Shown one piece after another: positions 17,843-26,154 of a stretch of 64,000 nt of DNA; the first letter of the stretch is position 1; the number at the start of each line of letters is the position of its first letter. Both the position numbers and the translations under genes were made by a program. The DNA comes from a bacterium (GTDB lineage Bacteria > Electryoneota > JAOADG01). A model generated the notes under the pieces. It was not told where the DNA came from and did not search any database. It saw nothing but the letters and a program-made list of their open reading frames with translations. The stretch spans positions 1,530,882 through 1,594,881 of the forward strand of contig OY820579.1 of assembly GCA_963681965.1 (NCBI GenBank), read 5' to 3'.

Positions 17843-19270
17843 ATGATGAACACGAAAAACGGTCGATTTTTTCTCCTATTATGGATCACCCTCATTAGTT
17901 TGACGGGACTTGCCTTCGGACAAGTCACCAATGTCTCGGGTCGAGTTCTCCGAGGAGGACATATCCCTGTTCCCTATGCCAATATCACCTACACGCATAC
18001 TGGATCGGGACAAGTATATGTAACACAAGCAGATGCTGACGGAAATTACCTAATCCGCAATCTTCTCTTGTCAGTTACCGAACAATCTGTTCCGACTTCC
18101 GGGTTGTCATCACCGAATGTTGTAACGAACAATGGTGGCGCATCGATCAATTTTCACATTCTACTCGGTCAGATAATCGATCACGCAGCAATTTTCAATA
18201 TCCTCGGTCAGCAGGTTGTATCGATTTCACTGTCTTCGCGCGACGTAACTGGAAACCAACGAATTGCTTCCGGTTTCTGGGACGGTAGGACAAGTTCCGG
18301 AGTACCTGCGAGCAACGGTTTGTATTTTATCGTTTTGAAACTGGATAATCGGCAACTCGTGTTAAAAGTTGTCCTCAATAGAACGGGTAATCGTGTTGGA
18401 CAACAACCGGTTACGGAATTGATTCAACGAAATCTAACGAACTCAATTCAATCGTTATCAAAATCCCGGGCGACGATTGCAACCGAGACATCCTATCTGG
18501 TTCTGCTCGAGCCGGACAGCATCGGGATGCGGTTTCAACCGATTCATTTTGCGCGACTGTTACACGACTCGAACAATGTCTTTATCGATACGGTAACCGG
18601 ACTTCCACCGCAGAGCATTCTCTTCATCGGCAATAGTTATACTTTTTTCAATGGTGGCATCGATCTTCATCTCGCGAATCTTTGTCGGAATGCCGATTCG
18701 TTGCAACCGGTGATTACCTCCAATTCAACCTTTGGCGGATATACGTTCGAATTGCACTGGCAAACCCCTTCGACCCGGGATTCTATTCGATCGCGCCGAT
18801 GGGATGTAGTGATTTTACAAGAACAGTCTACCCGTCCGGTCGACGATTCACTGTTGATGTTTCAATATGCCGATTCGCTAACGCGGATCATTCGATACAA
18901 TGGCTCCGAAGCCGGCTTCTTCATGACTTGGGCACGTCAGAATGATCCACCGATGATCGAGGGACTTGCTTCATCTTACAACCACTGTGGTCGAGCGAAC
19001 GGGGCAATGGTTGTGCCGGTGGGTCGCGCGTGGCAGCTTTCCTTGACCCGCAATCCAACACTGACACTGCACATCTCCGATGCCAGTCATCCTACTGTGT
19101 ATGGTACTTATCTGACAATCTGTGTCTTTTACGCCGCACTGTTCGAGCGTAGTCCGGTTGGCTTGACCTATGTCAACGATCCGTCGATTTCCGCCACTGA
19201 TCGGGATTTTTTACAGCGGATCGCGTGGGAAACGGTTCAAATATATCCCCCCGTTTGCACCGACCCGTAA
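17843..19270 (+). CDS. Secreted multidomain protein: CarboxypepD_reg-like domain, internal T9SS-CTD/FlgD-Ig-like domain, and SGNH/DUF4886-like domain
   Basis: I moved the start to ATG 17843 (MMNTKNGRFFLLLWITLISLTGLAFG signal peptide). Other blocks: VSGRVL..ADADGNYLIRNL, IFNILGQQVV..WDGRTSSGVPASNGLYFIVLKL..LKVVLNR, and ILFIGNSYTFFNGG..WDVVILQEQS. Confidence 0.55.
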   Translation: MMNTKNGRFFLLLWITLISLTGLAFGQVTNVSGRVLRGGHIPVPYANITYTHTGSGQVYVTQADADGNYLIRNLLLSVTEQSVPTSGLSSPNVVTNNGGASINFHILLGQIIDHAAIFNILGQQVVSISLSSRDVTGNQRIASGFWDGRTSSGVPASNGLYFIVLKLDNRQLVLKVVLNRTGNRVGQQPVTELIQRNLTNSIQSLSKSRATIATETSYLVLLEPDSIGMRFQPIHFARLLHDSNNVFIDTVTGLPPQSILFIGNSYTFFNGGIDLHLANLCRNADSLQPVITSNSTFGGYTFELHWQTPSTRDSIRSRRWDVVILQEQSTRPVDDSLLMFQYADSLTRIIRYNGSEAGFFMTWARQNDPPMIEGLASSYNHCGRANGAMVVPVGRAWQLSLTRNPTLTLHISDASHPTVYGTYLTICVFYAALFERSPVGLTYVNDPSISATDRDFLQRIAWETVQIYPPVCTDP

Positions 19271-19356
19271 ATCCAGCTATAATTAATTCGGAATTTGGAT
19301 CATCAGTCGGGCGCGGATCGAATTCGCGCCCCTCATTTTGTTATCTGGAGTAGAAA

Positions 19357-20643
19357 ATGTCGAAGCGAACTGCATTCGAAGAATTACAGGCACGGGGTTT
19401 GGTCAGCCAACTCACCCACGAAGAAGAGCTACCGAAACTGTTGACGACGCCGGTGACCTTTTACGTTGGATTCGACCCGACTGCAAAGAGTCTTCACGTC
19501 GGAAGTATGCTGCCGATGTTTGTGATTGCTCATCTGCAACGCTTTGGGCACCGTCCGATAATCTTGGTCGGTGGTGCTACCGGCATGATTGGCGATCCCA
19601 GCGGACGTTCCGAAGAACGCTTGCTGTTGATGCAGGATAAAATTTCCGAGAATCTTGCCGGGATCCGCAAGCAGCTCGAAGCGTTCGTCAGTTTCGAAGG
19701 CGATAATGCCGCAATCATGGTCGACAATTACGACTGGACCAGCAAATTCAGTTTCATCGATTGGCTCCGCGATGTCGGCAAGCACTTCACCGTGAATTAT
19801 ATGATGCAAAAAAAATCGGTGCAGTTGCGGCTGGAAAATCGCGAACAGGGCATCTCTTATACCGAATTCAGCTATATGCTGCTTCAGGCGCACGACTTCC
19901 TTCACTTGTATCAGACCTATCGCTGCAAATTGCAGTGCGGTGGCGACGATCAGTGGGGCAACATCACAGCCGGAATGGATTTAATCCGGAAGAAGTGCGG
20001 TCAGGAAGCCGAAGCGTTTGGTCTGACTTGGCCGTTATTGACGACTGCCAGCGGCGAGAAATTCGGTAAATCTGCCGGGAATGCGGTCTGGCTCGATCCC
20101 GAACTCACTTCGCCCTACCATTTCTACCAATACTGGATTCAAACTACCGATCAGGATGTGGAGAAATTGCTGAAATATTTCTCCTTCCTCTCATTGGAAG
20201 AGATTGCTGCGATCTGTGAGGAACATCTGAAATCGCCGGAAAACCGCTTGGCGCAAATTCGTCTAGCCACAGAAGTGACGCGCTTGATTCATGGCGATGC
20301 CGGTCTACAGAAGGCGCAATTGGCTACCGACATCTTCTTTGGAAAACCGATACAAGGGTTATCCGATGCCGACTTGCTTGCGGTCTTTGCCAACGTACCC
20401 TCGTACACTTTCCCACGGCAGCAGATTGCCGAAGGGATCGCGTTGGTCGATGCCAGTGTCGCAGCAGGAGCCTACAGTTCGAAAGGGGAAGCGCGCCGCA
20501 TGATAACGGGTGGCGGTCTGTATGTCAATAACAATCGGGTAACCGATGAGAAGATGATCCTGACCAGCGAGCACTTTGTCGGTGAATCCTCAATCGTGCT
20601 TCGCAAAGGGAAAAAGGATTATTTCTTGCTCCGGTTTGAATAG
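19357..20643 (+). CDS. tyrS: Tyrosine--tRNA ligase
   Basis: HIGH-type motif (HVGS), KMSKS-type motif (KFGKS) and a C-terminal S4-like domain; 428 aa. Confidence 0.95.
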   Translation: MSKRTAFEELQARGLVSQLTHEEELPKLLTTPVTFYVGFDPTAKSLHVGSMLPMFVIAHLQRFGHRPIILVGGATGMIGDPSGRSEERLLLMQDKISENLAGIRKQLEAFVSFEGDNAAIMVDNYDWTSKFSFIDWLRDVGKHFTVNYMMQKKSVQLRLENREQGISYTEFSYMLLQAHDFLHLYQTYRCKLQCGGDDQWGNITAGMDLIRKKCGQEAEAFGLTWPLLTTASGEKFGKSAGNAVWLDPELTSPYHFYQYWIQTTDQDVEKLLKYFSFLSLEEIAAICEEHLKSPENRLAQIRLATEVTRLIHGDAGLQKAQLATDIFFGKPIQGLSDADLLAVFANVPSYTFPRQQIAEGIALVDASVAAGAYSSKGEARRMITGGGLYVNNNRVTDEKMILTSEHFVGESSIVLRKGKKDYFLLRFE

Positions 20644-20670
20644 TTTGGAAGAGTTTGTTACGACACGAAT

Positions 20671-20700
20671 CGAGCCGCTGTAACGCGGCTCGTTTTATTT
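20671..20700 (+). terminator. Rho-independent terminator of tyrS
   Basis: GAGCCGC stem, 6-nt loop (TGTAAC), GCGGCTC stem, then TTTTATTTT, starting 28 nt after the tyrS stop. Confidence 0.75.
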
Positions 20701-20724
20701 TACATAATAAATCGTTTGATATAA

Positions 20725-20949
20725 ATGCAATATTTTGTAGATTACCGCCATCTGAAAGTCGATCACGGCAAACAATTTGTGAAAGGTCGTGTTCACATCA
20801 ATGGTCTCGAAGGGTTCTGGAGCTGGGCAAAGGAACAGTTGATGAAACACCACGGCGTGTCGAAAAAGACTTTTCCGCTGTATCTCAAAGAGCTTGAGTT
20901 CAGGTAAAATAATCGCGATCAGGATATCTTCAAAATGATCGTAATATAA
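20725..20949 (+). pseudogene. IS1595-family transposase remnant (C-terminal piece only, with an internal nonsense codon)
   Basis: HINGLEGFWSWAKEQLMKHHGVSKKTFPLYLKELEFR-TAA-NNRDQDIFKMIVI matches the conserved C-terminus of IS1595/ISXO2-like transposases. No upstream catalytic region is present. Confidence 0.65.
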
Positions 20950-21068
20950 CTGTCAACTATTGTGCCAAACCACCACTAATTACCTTTTTTTATCGTTTAC
21001 AATGCAATTCACTCGCTTTAACTCAAAGATGCGTGTTGTTAAAGTAAGTCTTAACGAGGAATTGAATA

Positions 21069-21998
21069 ATGGCAAAATATTCGAATATTTTTATGGTTAT
21101 GTTCCTGTATTTACTTCTTCATACAAATGCGTTTGCGATGACAGAAGTACACGTTAACAGAACATCTGAAGGTTATGGTCCACGGATTTGGGTGGGTAAT
21201 GGGTATGCACATTGCTTTGCCCCGTATAATTCGCCAATTGAATTCAATGTTCAAAACTCAACTCGATTTTCCGACACCCTTTCGCTTCACATTTATTTAT
21301 CGTCGGGTATTCAAAAATTATCTGGTGACTTAAATTGGCAGGGATATGTATCAAAATTTAAACTATATGGTGAAACATTATCCCTTCAGATAAATTCCGA
21401 TGGGCTACACACGGTAGTCACAACGATCCAATTTCCACTCGATACGATTGTTTACCCGTATATCGACACTACTTACTTCTACGCTAAGGATGGTTTTGTT
21501 CGTTACGTCCGAGGTTCATTTCAAGAGCGAGACCGCGCATGGATCGATAGTGTTGTACAAATTGAAAAGGTTAGAGGTAACCTTTCCGATATGATGAAAG
21601 TGAATGATATTAACATAATAGCTTACCAAACTGCAGCTCTTCAATGTGTGATTGGAGGATGGATAAGTAATTACTACGGTTCGGGATACCCGGATTCAAT
21701 TTCCAAAATAATCTGCGAAAACCAACTACTCGCATCACCACCGCGACTTGAATTAGTGGATGCATACTTAAATCGGGATTCCGAACCGTATTATTCAAAC
21801 AGCAAACATACCGAATTGATCGCATTGGTTAAGCAACAATTGAGTGATTTATATGCGCTCGATCAGCAAATTATTGGAACTACGAGTGATACAGTACGGC
21901 GTCAATTGCTGCTACAGCGAAATGGTTTACAACAAATTCAGTTAAAAGCTCGGCAGAACTTACTTAATGAAACCTCTGATTTAATCCCACGTTTTTGA
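21069..21998 (+). CDS. Orphan secreted protein; its last 9 codons and stop are supplied by the IS5-family element
   Basis: Signal peptide MAKYSNIFMVMFLYLLLHTNAFA, visibly AT-rich coding region, no family recognised. The IS left end lies at 21968/21969, inside the ORF. Confidence 0.6.
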   Translation: MAKYSNIFMVMFLYLLLHTNAFAMTEVHVNRTSEGYGPRIWVGNGYAHCFAPYNSPIEFNVQNSTRFSDTLSLHIYLSSGIQKLSGDLNWQGYVSKFKLYGETLSLQINSDGLHTVVTTIQFPLDTIVYPYIDTTYFYAKDGFVRYVRGSFQERDRAWIDSVVQIEKVRGNLSDMMKVNDINIIAYQTAALQCVIGGWISNYYGSGYPDSISKIICENQLLASPPRLELVDAYLNRDSEPYYSNSKHTELIALVKQQLSDLYALDQQIIGTTSDTVRRQLLLQRNGLQQIQLKARQNLLNETSDLIPRF

Positions 21999-23186
21999 TG
22001 ATTATCTCGTATTGCCGTTAGAGCCTATAACGGAGTTTACAATGTCCCTCGTTCCCTCTACCCGCGAATGGATTACCTTCGGTGAACTAGACGATCAGTG
22101 TCGCCGTCACAAGAAGAGCATGCTTGATGAGATCGATCGGTTGATCGATTTTCGTCCGATCGAGTCGCTGCTAATGCGGATGTACCGCGGCACCCGCGGT
22201 CGCCCCCCGATCCCGCCGTTGATGTTGTTCAAAGCGTTGCTGTTGGAACAATGGTACGGTCTGTCGGATGTACAAGTGGTGCAGGAGATCCACGACCGAC
22301 GCAGCTTCGAACGGTTTATCGGTTTTACCGTTCGCGATTATCTGTTGGACGATTCGACCCTGGTTCGGTTCCGTCAACGGTTGCGCGACTTTCGTTACGA
22401 GAAGGAATTGTTCAATGAATTGAACCGTCAGTTGGCTTCGTTCGGTCTATTCGTTCGCAGTTGTACACTGGTCGACGCGACATTGGTCAAGGGTGCCACG
22501 ACTGCGGGCTCCACCCGTGCCGACGGTACTCCGGTCGACCCCGATGTAACCATCACGGTCCGCAAAGATAAACCGGTCGACGGGATGAAAGTGCATGTTT
22601 CGATGGATCATGAAAGCGAGCTGATCGAAGCAGTCGACTTGACATCGAATATTGTTCACGACTCGCAGGTGTTCGAGGCATTGCTTCCCGACGACACCGG
22701 TGGCGTGTTTGCCGACAAGGCGTACGATTCGACGGCACACCGCAACTTGATTCACGCCCGCCACTGGTACGACGGCATTCTTCACAAGGCAAGACGCAAT
22801 CGTCGCTTGACGGAACATGAGCGATGCCGCAATCGATCCAACTCACGGATCCGAAGCCGGATCGAAGCCAAGATGAACGACTTGAAGCGGTGGGGACACC
22901 TCGCGCGTTTGCGCTATTACGGTATCGAACGGAATCTGACACAAGTCTACTTTACCGCCATGGCAGTGAACTTGAAACGGGCCTGCAAACTGGTGCTGGT
23001 AACCTGAAAAACGATAAATCGGAGAGTGAACTCTGCCCAAGCAGCAGAAATCACCGAAAATCATCAAAAAATCCAACCAAAATCGACCCCAATTACACTA
23101 AAATTTGCAATTCATTTCGAAAATCGTCGAAATCAGACTGATGAGGCAAAAGAGAGTGATACAAAAGTGATTTTTTCAGAGGTTTC
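21968..23186 (+). mobile_element. IS5-family insertion sequence (~1.2 kb) with TTAA target duplication
   Basis: Inverted ends GAAACCTCTGA (21969-21979) and TCAGAGGTTTC (23176-23186). TTAA sits at 21964-21967 and 23187-23190. Encodes one DDE transposase. Confidence 0.8.
22042..23007 (+). CDS. IS5-family DDE transposase (InsH-like N-terminal domain plus DDE_Tnp_1)
   Basis: RGRPPIPPLMLFKALLLEQWYGLSDVQV, VDATLV, ADKAYDS and NRSNSRIRSRIE blocks. Start moved to ATG 22042 (MSLVPSTREW). Confidence 0.85.
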   Translation: MSLVPSTREWITFGELDDQCRRHKKSMLDEIDRLIDFRPIESLLMRMYRGTRGRPPIPPLMLFKALLLEQWYGLSDVQVVQEIHDRRSFERFIGFTVRDYLLDDSTLVRFRQRLRDFRYEKELFNELNRQLASFGLFVRSCTLVDATLVKGATTAGSTRADGTPVDPDVTITVRKDKPVDGMKVHVSMDHESELIEAVDLTSNIVHDSQVFEALLPDDTGGVFADKAYDSTAHRNLIHARHWYDGILHKARRNRRLTEHERCRNRSNSRIRSRIEAKMNDLKRWGHLARLRYYGIERNLTQVYFTAMAVNLKRACKLVLVT

Positions 23187-23212
23187 TTAATTAGTATCGT
23201 TTTGTTATTCCA

Positions 23213-23545
23213 TTGTATCGATCATCTCTGAAACAATTTCAACATCCAGTTACTTGCTCATCCAGCACTCAAGCTTTCTTTTCGCTTCTGACTGATTCAT
23301 CTCAATCAGAAAATCGAAAGGAAGTTCGCGGAAGATTGCTTTTCAAAACTTATCCGAATGGGGGTTCTCTAACAGAAACAGATGCTGGATTGATCGCGTT
23401 AGTCAAGCAACAATTGATGGAGCTATATCAACTCGATCAGCAGATTATTAATGCGACTAATCCGACGACTCGTCAACAACTTCTCTGGCGACGTTCCTCG
23501 CTCATCGACCAACAAAACCAAGCCCGTCGAGATTTTCTTAAATGA
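23213..23545 (+). pseudogene. Fragment paralogous to the C-terminus of the 21069..21998 product
   Basis: GLIALVKQQLMELYQLDQQIINATNPTTRQQLL..QNQARRDFLK aligns with ELIALVKQQLSDLYALDQQIIGTTSDTVRRQLL..QLKARQNLL. There is no ATG or signal peptide upstream; the track start is a TTG. Confidence 0.4.
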
Positions 23546-23824
23546 GGATCCAGTGCAAAAATAATTTGTCGGTACCGATGATAGAAGAGACGCATCATTC
23601 CCTTTCTCATTGATCTGTAAAGTGAGTGAAATTAGAAAGATTCATTTAGTAAAAATTACCAACTCTACTAGATCAGCTCCTTTATATTGGTTACTCACTC
23701 TTAAACACGCATCTACATACTTCGACAGCCAATGCTCCATAACTGTACAATAATGTAACATTAATAGACACTCGCAAGTACTTAAAAACGCAACCGACTA
23801 TTGATTATTAATGATATAGAGTTG

Positions 23825-23840
23825 TGGAACAGACTTTGCT
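23825..23840 (+). promoter_or_regulatory. Sigma-54 (-24/-12) promoter of the HlyD/ABC/FtsX operon
   Basis: TGGAACAGACTTTGCT compared with the consensus TGGCAC-N5-TTGCW. The GG-to-GC spacing is exact. It lies 27 nt upstream of ATG 23867, with GGAGA at 23856-23860. Confidence 0.6.
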
Positions 23841-23866
23841 CTCCAAAATGCATCTGGAGACAATAC

Positions 23867-25120
23867 ATGGATCGCATCCTCGAAAAAAAGAAGTGGCACC
23901 AGAAGCGGTCATTTCGCATCGGTTTACTACTGACATCAACCATTCTGATTCTTTATCTGGTCGTATTTGTTTACTTCCGAATGGGGCAACGCGTATCGGT
24001 GGATCGCTTGACCATTTCCACCGTCACCGAAAGCGAATTTCAGGAACTGATCGCTGCAACTGGTATCGTGCAGCCGATACGAACGATTTATCTGGACGTG
24101 GTCGAAGGGGGACGGGTCGAGGAAATCTTCGCCGAAGATGGTCAGGAATTGAAAGCGGGACAACCAATCCTGCGAATGGCAAATTCCAATTTGGTGCTCG
24201 ATATCATGTACCGCGAAGCGCAACTCTACGAACAGGAAAACAATCTTCGCAACACCCGGATCTCGATGGATCAGCGCCGTCTCGATCTCCAAATCCAACT
24301 GAACGACCTCAATTACGAAGCCTCGAAACAAGCACGCGACAAACTTACTGCCGATGCGCTCCACAACAAAAATTTGATTTCGACACAAGAGTATCGCGAT
24401 ATCGACGATAAGGCGAGTTATTTGGCAAAGCGCCGTGATCTACTGACGGAGAGCGCATTGAAAGATTCCTCCTTCCGCGCAGAACAGGTTCGACAATTGG
24501 AAGAATCGATGAAGCGGATGGAAAATAATCTCGAATTGGTGAAAAAGAATCAAGAGAATTTAATCGTCCGGTCACCGATCGACGGACAATTGTCGGCGCT
24601 GAGTGCCGAAATCGGTCAAACGAAACCTCAGGGGCAGCGCTTGGGTCAAATCGACGATATGACCGCCTTCAAGATTCGTGCGACGATCGATGAACACTAT
24701 GTCGCGCGCGTGACGTTGGGAAAGCGAGCATCTTTTTCCTTCAATGGCAAAGAGTGGCAATTGGAAGTAAAGAAAATTTATCCCGAAGTAAAAAACGGTC
24801 AATTCGAAGTCGATCTGGCGTTTGTGAAAGAAGTACCTGACGGTATTCGTCGCGGGCAATCGGTGCAGTTGTCACTCGCGCTAAGCGATCCTGCGAAAGC
24901 ATTAATCCTTCAGCGCGGTGGATATTTCAACTCGACCGGCGGACAGTGGGTATTCGTCCTTGATAAAAGCGGAACCCGCGCTCACCGACGGACGGTTAAA
25001 TTTGGACGGCAGAACTTAACGGAATATGAAATTCTAGACGGATTACTAGCAGGCGAAAGTGTCATCACATCGCAATACGATGGATTTCTATCCAGCAATC
25101 AATTGATTTTGACTAAGTGA
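23867..25120 (+). CDS. HlyD-family periplasmic adaptor (MacA-like membrane fusion protein)
   Basis: N-terminal TM segment (IGLLLTSTILILYLVVFVYF), a long coiled-coil middle and beta-barrel C-terminal blocks. Start moved to ATG 23867, downstream of the promoter. Confidence 0.8.
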   Translation: MDRILEKKKWHQKRSFRIGLLLTSTILILYLVVFVYFRMGQRVSVDRLTISTVTESEFQELIAATGIVQPIRTIYLDVVEGGRVEEIFAEDGQELKAGQPILRMANSNLVLDIMYREAQLYEQENNLRNTRISMDQRRLDLQIQLNDLNYEASKQARDKLTADALHNKNLISTQEYRDIDDKASYLAKRRDLLTESALKDSSFRAEQVRQLEESMKRMENNLELVKKNQENLIVRSPIDGQLSALSAEIGQTKPQGQRLGQIDDMTAFKIRATIDEHYVARVTLGKRASFSFNGKEWQLEVKKIYPEVKNGQFEVDLAFVKEVPDGIRRGQSVQLSLALSDPAKALILQRGGYFNSTGGQWVFVLDKSGTRAHRRTVKFGRQNLTEYEILDGLLAGESVITSQYDGFLSSNQLILTK

Positions 25121-25130
25121 GGATGTAACC

Positions 25131-25826
25131 ATGTCAATGCTTCAAATTAAAAAATTAACCAAAATCTATTCCACTGAGGAAATCGAAACGGCAGCGTTGA
25201 ACGAAGTCGATTTCGAAGTCCGGCAAGGGGAATTCGTCGCAGTGATGGGACCGTCCGGATGCGGTAAATCGACCCTGCTGAACGTATTGGGACTCCTCGA
25301 TAGCCCATCGACTGGTGAATATCTCTTCATGGGTGAGGATGTTGCGAAGTACAATGAGAAGCAACGCGCAGTCGTCCGCAAAAAACATATCGGATTTGTA
25401 TTCCAGAGCTTCAATCTGATCGATGAATTGTCGGTTTTCGAAAATGTCGAACTACCATTGCTCTATTTGAACGTTCCTGCCGATGAGCGCAAGAAACGAG
25501 TGAATGAAGTACTGGAACAGATGCAAATCATGAGCCGGAAAAATCACTACCCGCAACAACTGTCCGGTGGTCAGCAGCAGCGAGTCGCCGTCGGTCGTGC
25601 GGTAGTCGCGAAACCGAAATTGATCCTTGCCGACGAACCGACGGGAAACCTCGACTCATCCCACGGCGATGAAGTGATGTCGCTATTGTCGGAGTTGAAC
25701 AATGCCGGAACTACGATCGTGATGGTCACGCACTCGCCGTCGTATGCCGAGCGCAGTCATCGCGTTGTTCACCTGTTCGATGGTTCGATCGTTACCGAAA
25801 ATACTTTGTCGAGACCTTTGATATAG
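25131..25826 (+). CDS. ABC transporter ATP-binding protein (MacB/LolD-type)
   Basis: GPSGCGKST Walker A, LSGGQQQRVAVGRA signature and LILADEPTGNLD Walker B. Confidence 0.9.
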   Translation: MSMLQIKKLTKIYSTEEIETAALNEVDFEVRQGEFVAVMGPSGCGKSTLLNVLGLLDSPSTGEYLFMGEDVAKYNEKQRAVVRKKHIGFVFQSFNLIDELSVFENVELPLLYLNVPADERKKRVNEVLEQMQIMSRKNHYPQQLSGGQQQRVAVGRAVVAKPKLILADEPTGNLDSSHGDEVMSLLSELNNAGTTIVMVTHSPSYAERSHRVVHLFDGSIVTENTLSRPLI

Positions 25827-25845
25827 CAGATATACGGAGGAAATA

Positions 25846-26121
25846 ATGCCGGATATCACCATTCCGCTACCGAAATGCGGTAACGGTAAAACAGCGGAAA
25901 TTACTATCGAAGTAAGTTGTAAATCGACGCGAGAAACTTTCAAAGTAATGATGGTTTCACGCGAAGAGGAATCCGAAGAAGGTCGAATTCAACGGGTGCA
26001 ACAAATCGTCGATACCGAAACGAAAGAGTGGCAATTGATCACAATCGGCGATCCAGGCATTACCTGTATTCCGATCTTGTTTCGGCATCGCGATACGACC
26101 GATAATCCAACGAATGCATGA
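25846..26121 (+). CDS. Small hypothetical protein (91 aa) inside the export operon
   Basis: Strong SD (GGAGGAAATAATG). Fills the ATPase-permease gap with 19-nt and 33-nt spacers. No signal peptide, no recognised family. Confidence 0.55.
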   Translation: MPDITIPLPKCGNGKTAEITIEVSCKSTRETFKVMMVSREEESEEGRIQRVQQIVDTETKEWQLITIGDPGITCIPILFRHRDTTDNPTNA

Positions 26122-26154
26122 TCCTGGGATAACGACGATGGGAGCAACGATTTT

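Noticed and set aside
23801-23866. N-terminal extensions in the track ORFs, also at 17702, 31168, 35093, 37159, 41162, 49936, 52047, 55523 and 56714
   Set aside because: The extensions lack homology, overlap neighbouring genes or promoters, and precede an ATG that has an SD and a signal peptide or the conserved family N-terminus. The shorter starts were used.
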